From positions 868,001-932,000 of the forward strand of contig CM039007.1 of assembly GCA_017499595.2 (NCBI GenBank): 64,000 bases of DNA. The letters are read 5' to 3'. How positions within the stretch are numbered: the stretch's first letter is position 1; each line of letters begins with the position of its first letter. Positions 25,201 to 39,195 of this stretch are shown piece by piece. The stretch is from Psilocybe cubensis. Lineage: Eukaryota. A program made the translations under genes and the position numbers. Below the pieces are notes generated by a model. It saw only the letters and a program-made list of their open reading frames with translations, made no database searches and was not told the DNA's origin.

Positions 25201-28200
25201 ACCAACAAACACCTGGAAGAAATCAAAGATGCCTTGACGAAACATGACGCGAAAGGCAAGATCTTGATAGAAGAAGCCGCTCAACTGCGCCAACAACGGG
25301 AAGTCTCAGCTGAAGCTGGCGAGCCGAACGAAAAAGGAAAGGGAAAGGCTCGCGATAGTGCAGACGGTCGTGAAGATGATGGCGGGGAAGACGAAGATCC
25401 GGAGGAAAAAGGTCTTCCTAAGACACCAGCGGGAGAAGAACACCGCGTGAAACGCAGAACGCTGAAGAGCCGCCTGCGCGAGGGGTATGTACTACTCCAT
25501 AGGGTCAAGTTCCTACAGGGTGATGTTTATCATGTCCTGGGACGATCCAACGACGAGGACGCAGCCTATCAGGCTGCAGAACAGTTGCGGCGTCAGCTTT
25601 TAAAAGGTATATTTTTGTGCATCATTTTACCGGCATATCGATTAGCTAAAAGTTTATCGATGTTTTTGTAGTAACTGAAAATGAAGCTGCCAAAGCGATG
25701 AGTATGCTCAACGGACCGAATTTGAAGCCTACTGTGACTCTAAATGATTTAATTATCGAGCTCCCCTTGCTGGGCAAGGGAGGAATTAGGTCTACAGATT
25801 TGGTATGTTCATGCCAACTTAAATTTGCGATGATGATACTCATTCCAGTACTTCGTAGATGGAAGAAGCTAACACCATCGTGGATGAAGTTCTCAATGAC
25901 CAGTCTGATCTTACGTGGGAATGGAGAACCCACATCATGGAGTTGTTAACGAAGCCCTTGAATCCAGGGGGCGCAGAAGACGACGTCGATGGTCAAGAGT
26001 ATCAGCGCACTCTGGATGACCAAGGTGAGGCTGAAACGTACCTGCAGGCATATGCTGCCATTTTATCCGACCGCAGAGAAGCTCTCGTCAATGAGCGCAC
26101 GTTGTTGGCGGCACATGAAGTCCGTGAAAAACAAGTGCGCCAAACTAAAGCTGCGTTGAAGGCAGCCACCGCTGCTGCTGAAGCGTTGGACGTCCCTGAA
26201 GGTCTAGATATCAAGCCAGAGCACGAGGTGTTGCATGAGGAGCTATCTTCTCAACGCAAGGATATATTGATTCGTCTAGATGGGAGGTCTGTGAAGAGCG
26301 TGAGTCGCGATTTTTCTATTCCTTCTGTTGTTAACTAACTATTTGTTTAGATTCTTATTGATCTAAACGGCGTTGCTGTGAAGATATTACAAGAAAACAA
26401 CCCGGAAAAAGTTATTGTTAGGGAAGCTATCGATAAATTGCGACGCTTTATTTCTGAGCAGAGTAAGTTGACATATTTTTCATCATGGTATAGGTCAACT
26501 TATTCTTCGTGTCAGATTCCTTGTACGAAAAGCTTGATGCGGACCTGGCCCTTCTCAGAAAAGCATTCAATCAAAGGATTCTCTACTTCCGGCAATTGCA
26601 GGAAATTTCAGACTCGGTGGCTGATGTTGAGTGGGAAGAAGCTTCAGCGGCGGACGCAGGCCTGGCGTGCGTCACGGAGAAAAACGAGTTGGAAGCAAAA
26701 ATCAATACTACGCGTGCACGGCAGCGATACCTTGATAACCTCGCAAAAAATCAAGATGAAGGTATAATGGATGAAGATGACAAAACATGCATTCTCTGTC
26801 GAAGTGAATTCATCAGAGGATTTATTACGCAATGGTAAGTACTTTCTTCTCAGTTGTAGTTCAATATCTGTGACTTTAATATGCCTACCAGTGCGCACGT
26901 TTTCTGTGAAGGATGTATGCGAGCATGGTTACTACGAAAAGAGGGCAAAACATGTCCTGTTTGTCGGTGAGTCAATTGTTTACTGCGTAACTCCTCGTGC
27001 TCATCATGGTCTCTCTTGTCTAGCGTGGCTATCAACCCAGATAGCGTGCAACGATTCACAGTGAATGCTGCACAGATCGAACCTCCTCCTCAGCCAGTAT
27101 TGGGAGAGCCCGCCCCTCAATCTCGCCGACAGATTGAGTACAACAGAATTGGTATGTCTATCCGGTTATAATGCAGCTCACAGCTCATACGAGGTGAATA
27201 GATCCAGCCATTTTCAAAGATATTCAAACTATGGAGACCTATGGCGATTTCGGAAGCAAGATTCAAACACTGATTCGGCATATATCATATATCAAGCACA
27301 TCGACCCAGGTGCCAAAAGCATAGTGTTTTCGGCTTGGGCCGATTCATTACATAGTCAGGGCTTCATTCAATACAAGGTCTTATTTGGTACATTTCTGAT
27401 ATGCTTTATTCTAGTTGTCGAACGGGCATTCTCGGAAAATGGGATACCATGCTTGAGAATAGATCAGGGTTCAAAAAATGCCGCCGAGAAGTTTGCGGCG
27501 GATCCTGATATTCTTGTTCTTTTGTTACATGGGTGAGCTTCATTCGCCTCTTTAAATCTGAGCCAACATATGCTAATATCATATCAAGAGAGCGAGAAAA
27601 TGCTGGTTTGAATGTCACTTGTGCATCTCGGGTATTCCTTCTTGAGAGTGTAGTTCACCACAGTTTCGAGATTCAAGGTATATGAATGATTTTCAGTTCA
27701 AATTTATGGATCTTTTTACCCATTATGACTATATAATTATAGCTATTGCGCGGATTGACCGCCTTGGCCAAACGCGACCCACAGAAGGTGATGTTTCGAT
27801 TTTTACCGGAATGCATATGCCATTTCTGACCTTGCCATCTCCCTTCTAGTTTACTGCTACTATGCGGAAGGTAGATCCGTTTATTGTTTAAGTTTCTACA
27901 TCTCCGTTACTCATATCATTCGATATAGGTACAATTGAACGCAACATTCTCGACCTCGCTGCTCGAAAAGGGCTATCATTATATACCAAGGAAAATTCTC
28001 ATGGTACTGTGAATGTGTCGCCGTTCAATCAAGACAACGAACAAGATGTCGATAATCCTGAAAGGCGCAAGGGACAGCAACGAGGAGACTTCATCCACAA
28101 AATTGACGATATGCTTTCGATATTATTCCCTCACATGTTTGAGGATCTGGAATATCTTCTACCTCCATCTGTCGCTTTACCCTTTGATCCCTCGATAGAC

Positions 28201-28317
28201 GAGGTCCACGATGTTACAATGGCTGATAACGTTTCAGCGTCTATTACTCGTGCACTCAATCATGCACCTAATAGTGCTACAACCAATGTGGTTGCTGGCC
28301 CATCTAGACTCCGCTAA
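22279..28317 (+). CDS. SNF2-family helicase / RING E3 ligase, IRC20/SHPRH-like
   Basis: LLPFQLRSVAWLLERE, GAMLAEEPGLGKTVE (motif I), DVVITTY, WKRVVMDEVQ (motif II), VSGTP; RING CILC...CAHVFC...C...CPVC; helicase-C GSKIQTL...IVFSAW...AGLNV...QAIARIDRLGQ. Confidence 0.92.
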
Positions 28318-28578
28318 TTTAGTTTAATCTGTTTTTACAAGCTCATTCAGCAGCCTTTGCGTATGTTGATAACACCTCTGAATGTTTAATCGTCATTCAT
28401 GTACCATAACCTTACGCATCAGAATAGATTACAAAGATACACATTATTACAAGATCGATAGTATTACACAAATGAATCGGAGTGTTGTACAAATACACAA
28501 TGCGGCAAACACGTCTACAAGCAAGAAAAAATTACAAGACCGAGATTATTATATCGCCCGCTTGGAGTGGAGTAAGAT

Positions 28579-30538
28579 TTAGTTTCTGGAGCGAGCAGTC
28601 GTGGTAGTCGTTGGTTGGTCAACGTTAGTGGAGGCCTGACGTTTTGCGGCTGCCTTCTTCGCAGCCAGCTCAGCATCTTCAGTAACAGAGTGAGTATGAG
28701 CTCCTCGTGTATCCTATGTGGTACATTTTCAGTCACCAGGCATCATCACGCAGTATATCGGAAGAACAGACCTGCTTGAGATTCAAATCACGTTCCATGG
28801 TCTCGGCGATTCCCTCCACTTCGCGGGTGCACTGGCCAGTGTGAAGCACCTTCCTTGATATCTCTTCCTGGCTGATGGCACCATGCAGAGTACCACCCCT
28901 CTGCAAAAAGTGTTCCATCGGCACAGGTGCATGGGTCTGAGACTGATGCACAACGGGAGCTTCGTGGGTAACTTCATGAATGGGGATGGTGGTGTGAATA
29001 TGTTGCCTGTCGATGGCTAGAAAGAAAGTGTCAGCGCAACAACGAATGATCCTGGTGTAATGTGTGACACTCACTTTCTTTTTCGATAACGGGCTGGATG
29101 ACGTGATGGACGTGATGATGAACCGTCTCATTTACAGTGGTACCTTTGTCAATAATGGTCCTTTCCTTCGAAGAGTGCATCTTGATGGTGTGTTGATGAA
29201 TATCACGAAAAACGAATGGCCAATAAGAGACATACCAAAGTGTCGTGGAATTGGTTGACTTGTCCTTCGAACAAGGTGTTATCCTCGACCTTGTTAGCAT
29301 GTTTTTCGCGGACGTGAGTGACGGGGTGAATCTGAAAGAATTCAATCAAGACTCTGCCAGTGCGCATACGTACTAAGGGTACTTACGAAAGATTTGTGTT
29401 GCTCTTCCAACTCCTCAGCCGCAACAATGGGCTGAGTGTGATGTTGAATATGATGAACTTTCGGAAAGATATACTTTTAGCAAAACGTTCAAGGCAAAAC
29501 GATGAATCGAACATACTATGGCGCTCGCGATCCTTAACTCGTGAAATTTCCTCTGTCTCAATGTGGCGGACCCGTTCATGAGTGACCGCTGCACATAGAT
29601 AAGTTACACATTGTGACAGGACTTGTATTGAGACGTACGTTGAAGTTGGTTCGTGTCTTCCTCTGCATTAGCAGTGGGCATAGAGTCCTTCGGACTGTTT
29701 TTATTGTGCCCAAACACATGATCTCCAGACAAGACTGCGAAGATCATGAGCAAAAGTAACAGAACGATATGGGGAATACATGCCTCCCGTATGACCAATC
29801 TCACGATCAACATCGTATTCACGTTCGCGGTACATGTAATCTTTGTCACTCGAAGGACGTCCACCTAGAAAGATGGTTATTGATGTTGATTAGACATAAA
29901 AATACCATGTACATACGTTCGTATGTCGACTCTGTTACAACAGTACGAGTGACTGGAACAGGAGCTCGACCCTCGGTAGCCTCTTGGCTGTACGATTCAA
30001 GCGTGGTGCGCTTCGATGATGATCCGAGACCAGTACCGCCGCCAGAGGATGTCCCTGCATCCATCATTCGAGCTAATGATAGTCAGTAGTGGAACTATCA
30101 TATAAGAAGAATGAAATGGTACTCTGAGATTGATGAGTACCGGACAGATCGCCTCCTACCGCGGCAGCAGCGTCGGTTCCGTATCCAGAGATACCATGAA
30201 CCTTAGCGCGTTCCGCGTCCTGTTGCATGGCGAGCTCAGAAGCTACGTTACTAGGCTTCCCGGAAGTCCCTGGGCCGGTTCCAGAAGGGAGCTTGTGGGC
30301 AGGACCATGGGTAGCGCGGTTAGAATTGGTAAGGCGGCTAGACTCCCTGGTCAAACGCGTGTCGGCATTCGAAGATGGGTCGCTGCCTTGCATATCCACC
30401 CCTGGACGCTCGTCCGACGGGCTGGTATCGCTGCTGAGCATGTTTTTCATAGTGTTACCGATACCTATGAGAAGATATCGTCAACAATTTCGAAGCCAAA
30501 TGAATTACAGCGTAAAGAAAGTAAGAAGACATACCCAT
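28579..30538 (-). CDS. Hydrophilic His/Glu/Thr-rich protein of the fungal 'allergen'-like family
   Basis: MG|IGNTMKNMLSS...; repeats such as HERVRHIETEEISRVKDRERH and VNETVHHHVHHVIQPVIEKE..DRQHIHTTIPIHEVTHEAPVVH; spliced end ...TTTARSRN*. Confidence 0.7.
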
Positions 30539-31400
30539 TGTGAAAAATGTGTGTGCGAGGTCCTGAAGTTCAAAGAAGCGGACAGAGGTTTGAGTTGGAT
30601 GAACGGATGCGAAACACCACTTTATATACCTCAAAATACGTACGTCATGTTTTCATTTAAAATACGTGATTCAGTTGGGCGGATGTACTTTGAAGGTCTC
30701 CCATTTTCTTTACAAGTGAGACGTGTGCACTCAGATGTCCCAATTCATCAGAACCGGGATGGATCGCGACGTAAAACTACTGCGAAGTTCGGGTTATTCA
30801 AAAGAGTTCACGATATATTTATCAATTTGAGCTGAGGGTAGAGTTATGGTAAATGATATAAGAGAGCGTGATGGATGGAAAGTTTGATAGGAGGTTTGAG
30901 GTTCCATAATGTAGTCACATGATTTATCCGGAATATGCAAATTCCGAGAGTCTCCGATTGAAATTTAGAGAACACATATGTTAACTGTAGTGCTTGTTAA
31001 TCGGTCAAAAGGACAATATTAATGGGAGCACCCAGAAAGTCCAAAGTGTTGCATTAGTTAGTATTTTGACATTTGTTAATACTTACATCATAATCATCGC
31101 CCTAGCATTCAAATATTCACGGCTTGCATGTTTATGTAGCTACCTACCGCTTGAACATCAATAGTTTCATTCTTTGCAGTCCAATCTTTGTCTTCAAGTC
31201 AGTTAAAAATATGACTATATTATAATGACCTGGAATATGCACCTCCTATAATACATCAATACATCAATATAATCAAACCGACATTGCTTTTTTGATCACC
31301 CAAAAATTCGAAATATGCCTGAAAATGTTGTAATCGAGGCTGAAAAACACTGTAATTGGGCCTGAAAAATATGGTAACACTTTAAATTGCAGCCCAACTT

Positions 31401-31500
31401 TCTGTGCAAAGCACGGGTACACTGCTAGTTTCTTAGAAATTACAAAAAAAATTGATGACAGGACTCGTAACTGCCGTGCGTAGCAACGGCCTAGTCTCGT
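31401..31500 (+). mobile_element. Two tandem Helitron-like 3' termini
   Basis: TCTGTGC-AAA-GCACGGG hairpin, then GTACACTG-CTAG-T (CTAG at 31425-31428). A second hairpin GCCGTGC-GTA-GCAACGGC is followed by CTAGT (31491-31495). An AT-rich, ORF-less tract lies upstream. Confidence 0.55.
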
Positions 31501-31909
31501 TCTGTGAGAGACCCGAGACTAATAAGCGGAGCTTTCAAGAAATTTGTTTGTTAATTAGTTCTGTACTTGAATTTCGTTGCTCTAAGCCGATGGTAATATT
31601 CACGTAAACTTAGTTATGTCTGAATATAGAGTACCGAGTTCGAGTTATGAGTACTGCCCGGTTCCACCATACCCACGAAGGTGTTTGTTTTGGTAGTGGT
31701 GTAAAGTTCTATTCATGGTTGATTGACAGACAAGTTAACGGTCTCACATTACCTTACAAGTCGTTGGCGTTGAACGTTGAACATTGGACTGGTCACTGGT
31801 CCCAGGCTAAAACACAACGTAATGTTAAACGAAGCCATTCCAAAGCTTATTTCTAAACAAGTTTTTTTAACCGTTTCCTGTTAGTTTGTAAAAACAATTC
31901 AAACAAAAA

Positions 31910-34447
31910 CTAAACTGTTGGAGCCCAACGTGATACGGCATAATTAATTTTTTGAGGTGGCCACATTCTACTGTGGTTGATTGTCTTTGCTGCGGGAGAA
32001 GGCAACATGTCAGAATCGGCGAGCTCGGCAATGCCATGCCTAAAAAGTAAAGAGAGTTAGAAGGGATTTCGAAATGGATACATCATACATGACTTACTCC
32101 TGCCAGGCGTGTTCGGCAATCATGGTACTGCTCCCTATTTTTCTACAATGCGAGCAAACCATAGAATCGAGAGTGTTTGCTTGTCTGCGACCATTGTCCT
32201 CGTCTAAGCACCTCTTCGCTGCGATCTCGTCGTTCCCACTCAGCAGTTCATATGTGAGCGGCATTTTACCAGTCCTAAAGTGGCGCTTGTGTCCCCATTG
32301 ATGTCGTGCCTACAAGCCCCCGCGTGAGACCTGTAAAGTCATCAAATCTTGTCTAAACTTACCAACATGTTCCACCTTAAAACGTAGCGTCCTCTGTGCG
32401 AGCAGTTGCAAAATACGCATTCGAATATTGGATCAGCTGCGTCCATTTCCTCAGAGGTAGTCACCGCCGGATCAAATCCAAAATGCTCGAGAATGTCCGC
32501 CATGGCTTGCATATAATCTTTGTTAAAAAATATATCGTTGTCGTCGTTCCAAAACGTGCTCCCAGTACGAATCTCAAGTGATCGACGTTCCAATTCGACA
32601 AGATCCTCTTCGGCGCGACGATTTTGATCAAATGGAATAGAATGGTAATGAGCCAGGACTTGGGGATACCAGAAATTATCTTTGGTTACACTGTGGCTGT
32701 CTTTGCACTTTGTGCATGAGAAAATGGTTGTCGCCAGTCGAAGCACGCTGCTTTCGTCAAACTTATACTCGGTGCCACAAGCCGATTTGATCATGCTGAC
32801 AAGCTTCCCTTCCGTGCGAGTCCGCCAATCCAGGGAGATTTCTGCGTAGTTGAGGCGCAGGGGATCGAGGTGCGCCGAAGTGAAAGGTTCCAATGATGTG
32901 TCGTCTATTAGGTCTCGCACCAGCTGTACCTTCAACAATTCCGCTGCAGAAGGAGTCGGAGTGTCCACTGGATATCGCGCCGCACATTCTTTGGTGACCT
33001 CGGATAATATTGGCAGTCGGTTTCCCAGTAAAGCCTTGCGATCGGCGCACAGTCTTAGCGTGCGGTACTGGGTCATCGATGTATTGATAAACGCTCCCAT
33101 GTCATTTAGCACTGAATTAAATCTAGATTAATACTTTCAAAGTAGTTCGGTAGATATCGCGTACTAGTATCAGTCATTGAGTTATTTTTGCATGCATCAA
33201 CAATTCGGGGTGATTTGAGAAAATTTTGGTAATTTTCTCTGCTCATCTTAGAGAGCTCGGATGTCCATCCTAGCGATTTGATTTGGGCGATGACCCTATA
33301 AATTATTCCAAAGGCGTTAGAGTCCTGGAATATGGATGTAGAAGATCTCCGCACCTTGCCAGGCGACGACGAAACAAATTATTATGCCTTTGTTTCGCGT
33401 CCCAATCTTTGTATATGGTGCTATGCTTAATGTGTTTTAAGTGAGTAAAAGGTGTACCGACGAAGATGTCAGGCTTACATACCTCTTCTATATATTTCAA
33501 TTCTTCAATTTTTTCCTTCATCCATTTCGCCTGATTTTCCGCCGCGGCACATTCTCTCTTCCAAGTTTCCCCTGTTGCAACTGAATAGTACATTTTTTTC
33601 TCTGGATACCGTCAGCTACAAGTAATTACCAGGACTCCAAACGGTTCACCATAGTTTGTGTAAGACAAGAGAACGCTGGGCAGGTACGGGACCAGTATCT
33701 TCGGGCATTTTTTCTGTACTCGCGGATCCATTGAGACCTGACCGGGGCCCTCAACCATTACGAATCTAATGACATAATCAGGAGACAGACACGGTGATTA
33801 TTGTTTAAACGATACACGCCTAGATCTTATACATGGCACGCAGGCTCGAATTCTTGCCGCGAAAAGGGTGAGTGGTCGTCTGTTGTCTTCGCCAACGAAC
33901 TTTTGACAGTACTGTAGAGAAGGTAATTAGATAGCAAACTGGTTAAAGTTTAGAAATACCGACCTGACAACTCTCACCAAATGCCAAGTTCGTATACTGG
34001 ATATCTGTTAAATCTGATGGACAATCTGGCATTCCGATTAACGCCCTCGAAGCTTTCCAAAGAGTCGGCGCTAAGTCCGAGCTCTTCAGAATACGTCGAA
34101 AATGCTTTGAAGTGCAAGATAAGTGCCATAAATCCTTTGGTTCTAAATCTGTGCAGATCTGATGGAGTGGGTAAGAATCTGCACGTTTACGAATAGGAGT
34201 TTCTGACCTCAAATGCCCATATCTCTACTGGGAGGCCACCCAGAGAATTCTCCACAGTTTTTGCCTTCGCTACCGACTTCTTGGGCACCTTTCTCTTCTT
34301 CTTCTTCGGTGGGCTCTCTTCACCGTCGTCGTCAACATTGGAGTCCATAGTTCGCGACCGCTTCGTCGCGTCTCTAGTACTTTTCACGGCTGACGCTGAA
34401 TGTTCAACGGCAGAAGGTACAGCTTTGCGATTACGCAGTGTAGGCAT
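31910..34447 (-). CDS. F-box protein (copy 2)
   Basis: MPTLRNRK...LGGLPVEIWAFE|ICTDLEPKDLWHLSCTSKHFRRIL; same exon structure as copy 1; last exon HGIAELADSD...RMWPPQKINYAVSRWAPTV*. Confidence 0.85.
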
Positions 34448-34840
34448 CTTGGAGGAAAGACTAGACTGATTCTCTTGTCGTGGTTCAAATTCAAGAGCAA
34501 TTTCAACCAACTGTGCCACTCCAAGCGATGGGAGGCCGTGCGCGTGATGTGCCACTGAGCGGAGGCAATAAAAGACTTCATTGGCAAGTTGCGTTCGGCA
34601 CGCCTTGAGAGAAAATTCAACGAGAATGAGATATTGATAATGATAGAGGTTTGTTTTCTATTGGATACATTTCGTTCTCCCTTTCCAAGGGGGTTAAAAC
34701 ATTATTTTGGTCGTAAGCTCTAGATATGTCATAAGGTAGGCGATACAAATACAATTTCCGTGGAGAAAGCGAAGGCGAAGGTGAAGTCGAAAGCAAAAAA
34801 GAGGTCCGATTGAAAAGCGAAGGTGTGTAGAAACTGATTC

Positions 34841-35465
34841 TCATGAGCGGCGAAGGATAGCCCAGGCCGTAATGCCGCCGCCAACAGCCAGCACGGTGAG
34901 GATGCAGAACGCGCACAGGCATCGTCTGGCCCATTTGAGCTCAGTGGTGCGGATGGTGGCGATGATTTCTCTGCGCTCTTCTTCTGTCTTTTCGGGCATC
35001 CATGCGGGTGTGTCCTCGTCTGATGACGGCTGTGAGGGCTCGCGGAGTGGAGAGAGGAGAATGAAAGCGCCAAAGAGCCAGAATGGTGGGAATACTACGA
35101 AAGAAAGAGGTAAGTTATTGAACACCAGACGGAAAGATAAAGAAAAGTGACATACAGAACCCGAATTTGAAAAGGAACATGGCGAGCGTAACGGGCTCGG
35201 GCGCGTGCAGTGTGTATTCGGGGAGAGGGATGGCAGATTCTTCTGCGTATGGTGGTGGTACGTCTGAGAGGCTTTGACGACGTTCGTCGTGGCGGCTGTC
35301 ATGTGTAGAGAAGGTGTATCCGAACTGCTCGTCTGTGGGATCGAGCATGTGCATGGGGGGTGCAGTCCATGTGGAGTGTGTTAGGACTGGAACTGGGGAT
35401 ACTGGACTCTGTGCCTCGAGATCAAAGTTGGAAGAAGAGCTGGTCGATGCGATAGGAGCCGACAT
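34841..35465 (-). CDS. Small membrane protein with PPPY motif, uncharacterised
   Basis: MSAPIAS...DVPPPY...LFKFGF|(intron)..FPPFWLFGAFILLSPL...ELKWARRCLCAFCILTVLAVGGGITAWAIL; two hydrophobic segments. Confidence 0.8.
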
Positions 35466-36791
35466 TGCAATTGTGTGAATGTGAATGTGGAGTTCAATTG
35501 TGAATGAAACGGTTTATAAGACGCGGCTGGCTGAGAGAGCTCTGAATATGTCGATTGCAAAGAGGCTTTGAAAAGGCGGATGGTAGTGGCGTATCCATTC
35601 GGTGTGAGCGAAGTTTTATATAAAATTGGGGACTAGCAATCCGATGCCAATCCAACCATTTTGCGTGGATTGACTTATATCTTGTTATAGTAGGTATTGG
35701 GTGGTGACACCATGGCAACGGAAAAATATAGACAAATAAAGGGCTTGTACGCATTTCTGTAGGGGTCACTTGGATCGCGTTTCTCGCGTATTTTGCCGCA
35801 TAATCTGTTACAATAATTTGTTTATAGCACCTTGAAACGATTTTTTTGATTTGAATATGCAACAGGAAGGTATACAGGACGAGGACTCTTAAAACATGCC
35901 AATTCGGGTATAATTAGAACCTTCTATATTTGGTAAAGATGCCTTTCATTGTCCGGCAAACTTATCGCGGATGGGTTTCCAATCCCGCACTTTTCCCCCT
36001 ATCCGCGTTGCAACGTGACCAAGTCGAACAATCGAAGCGATTGACAGCCCTGGGTGGCATAGCACACCTTTTTCCCACCCCAATCGTCCCCGCTGCGTTC
36101 TCTCGCTTATTGATTTCTGAGGATGAACCAATCCATCAAGGTCCGTCGCTCTATTCTAGGATACACGATGACACTGGTAAAATCCCTATATCAACCCCCA
36201 TAATGGTGTATTTACGTTAGAAAATATGTATGTGGCTGTAACCATAAATGCAAGGAGGATCTATTGCCCAAGCATGCATAGCTGGTAAATATCAAAGATT
36301 GCCGTTGCAACCTGTTGCAACACTGTCATAGTCGCGGGTACAAAGTTCCTCGTAGTCGAGTTGGTCGACTTGACTGTCATCTTCTGCTAAGATTTAGTCC
36401 ACTTAGTTGGATTCTCGACTATGAGTCAGAGTAAGTGTTGGCATAGTCTGTGACTTAGTCGGAAACTTCAACCCACCCGTATGTTGAATCTTGAACCAAT
36501 TTCTGAAGTCGTAATCTTCTGCTCCGGGATATTCAGAGTTGATACATCTCTCTGTAGAAAACTATTGCCACGGCCCACCAACGGCCCACTACCCAGCTGC
36601 TCTGAGGTACATGTACTTTCTGTCTATTTACCATGTTCTATTTTTATCCCGTCTATGATAGTCGTCCGCACTGGCTGTGGCTTTTCTTGGTGACTTATGT
36701 TAAGGAAACCAACAGGGGGTCTTAAACATCAACGATTGAGCTGTTAGTATCATAGTCAATATTTTGTTCCAAAGAGAGGACCACATACTCA

Positions 36792-38549
36792 ATCTTGAAC
36801 TCGGCTGGTCCAGCATGCGTTGAAACCACTAATAAATTTTAATCTTTCAAGTGAAAAAATTGTTCGACACAAATCACGATTTAGGTGAATAAATGTAGAG
36901 TTATATTCATTGAAGGTGAGATTAGATACAAAAGCACATAATTATAAAACTACACAATGACTATATGATCTTACCAATTCCTATTTTTTTTGTGTGCATT
37001 TGGTCAACTTCCACCGGTCACAATCAATGCAACCAATGAAAAGTGTTCAAGCTCCAAGGCCACGACAAGGCATGCACGATGGAGGTCGGAACCCCTCCAC
37101 TCTTGGAGAAAAAAATTACTGCTGCGGCCGCGGTGATGCGGTAGGCAGCCTTTACCGTCCGGCCGCTCCCTCGCTTTTCAAAGGAGCGACAAGATCGAGT
37201 AGATGTGGGAACGAGCAGCTTTGCCCAGCAATCTCCGTTTGGAGGAGCGGCTGCAGGCAGGGACAAATATCGAGACACAGACAAACGAGACCAAGAGACC
37301 AAGAGACCAAGTGCAGACCAGACAGCGTTCGCCCAGCTATCTCCGAATGGAGCGGCTGCAGGCCAGTAATTCAGGTATCAAGACATCGAGCATCAAGCAA
37401 TAGGACCATGTCCCTCGTCGAGTTAGACGATAACGGGACTGTTGTTTTGAGCATATCATGTGGGCATATAAACGGCATAGCAGTAGCCTATGAATATGTC
37501 AGACCAAGAGGCAATCGATTTAGAATCAACCACTCACATTTCCAAACGTCGACGAGGAGCGGCGGCTAATTGGCGCCGCTCCGTCGTCTGCATGTCTTTG
37601 CCTCGATTAGAGGCAGGTCAGCACGAAACGTCCAATTGGTCGCGTTGCGCAACCAACTGGCTTTGCTACCCAGCTATTGCGCCAGGTAGCAGACATCCTC
37701 CACTCGTTGACGAGGAGGATGAATATGCAGCATGCAGCCTAAGGTAATTGAACGAGTCAGCGAATGCGCGGATCGACGCAATGTCGTGAAAGCTCACCTG
37801 CAGATCATCCGTGTGGACTGAACTGCACCCCGTATTCTGCATCCAGCGATGAGCTCTGTGATGTTGATCGTAGTGCGAGATCGACTCACCTGGGAGAATG
37901 CTGCAAAGGAAAGAATGAGGTTGTTAGTGGTTCAAGGCTGCAGCACGGTCCTTTATAAAACATACCATTATGCTCAAAAAGGAAAATAATTGAAGAACGT
38001 CGACGCATGCTGCTCAGGACTTCTATCACGTCCACGCACGACATGTGTCACCGTTGCTGTGCCCGAGAGTGTCGGTTTTCCAACTATTTACGCTTTTTGG
38101 CACAATCTGTACAGGCCCAACCGTGTCTGCAGAAGACAGCGAAGCTTCGAAAGATCGTTATCCATCTGATAACGCTGATTCTGACACGAGCACTCCTCGA
38201 GTGCTGGTGCAGAATCACACGCGTTGCTGTGCAAAGGAGATAGCGTGCGTCCACGGGAACCCAACAGCGGATTGGCGTACCACATGCGGAGAAGTCGGCT
38301 TTAGAGAAAGCTTTTTGGTGTCTAAGAACACAAATGTGAGGAGAAGGGGAGGAAAAAACATATAGAACAGACCCTTTATCCTCCATGATTTGCACACTGG
38401 CACCCGTTGATGGAAAAGGGTGATCAGTGTAATCTTCCCAAAATTCAGTGTCAAGCAAGACAAATTAGTTGAACAGGAGCCTCAGGTCGGATACACCTCA
38501 TCGGAAACGCTGACCATGGGTAAAGGACTTTCTGAGTGGATAAAAGCTT
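36792..38549 (-). repeat. Copy B of the ~1.75-kb inverted repeat
   Basis: Reverse complement of 20034-21810; the ORF track shows mirrored near-identical ORFs (191, 106, 92, 82, 78 aa). Confidence 0.92.
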
Positions 38550-39195
38550 TGCAGCCAATTGTGAGTGCACCCCGACATTGTGGGCATGGCTGCATAATTT
38601 TCCGACATCAGCCAATAAAATTTACACATAAGTACACGAAAAATGAATTTTACTAAGCGGAGATCAAATTTGAAGACGGCAAACCCAAGAAACATTTAGT
38701 CTCGTACCCACCCGTTATATCGCGCGATCTCCCCCAGCGAGAGTTTGGGCACCTTTAGTCCTATTTTGAGTCGAAGGCAAAAAATTCGACGAACTTGATG
38801 GGGAAGATGCTTGAAGATGGTGTCATTTGCAACGGTTTTATTCAGAAAATTTGACTCTGATTTCGTTCTCCGCCGGAACTCTCCCGAACATCTGGAGCCG
38901 AGATTAGGAAATATGATTGCGAAACATAGCAAAATCGTCGATGAGTAATTACTAAAAGTCGATCTATCAGAACTAACATCGATACGACCATTCTTAGAGC
39001 CATATCCTTCTCAAACTGTAAGGTATGTCGACGGTTTGGTGCAAAATCGTACCATGGTTTGAAATAAATTCAAGATAGGAGCATTCCCTATGTAACTCGG
39101 TTACCCAGAAATTCAAGTCCGACTTACGTTAGGCCTATCCATATGAAAGCAGCTGTAAAGTTAGTTATAAAATCCCTCTAGTCTTTCTTCTCGAG

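Noticed and set aside
36340-36465. Short TAGTC/GACTA inverted motifs
   Set aside because: Stems are too short and irregular to separate from chance.
20034-38549. Single giant transposon or Starship with 1.75-kb TIRs
   Set aside because: No TSD at the outer ends, no transposase or tyrosine recombinase inside, and the cargo looks like ordinary resident genes.
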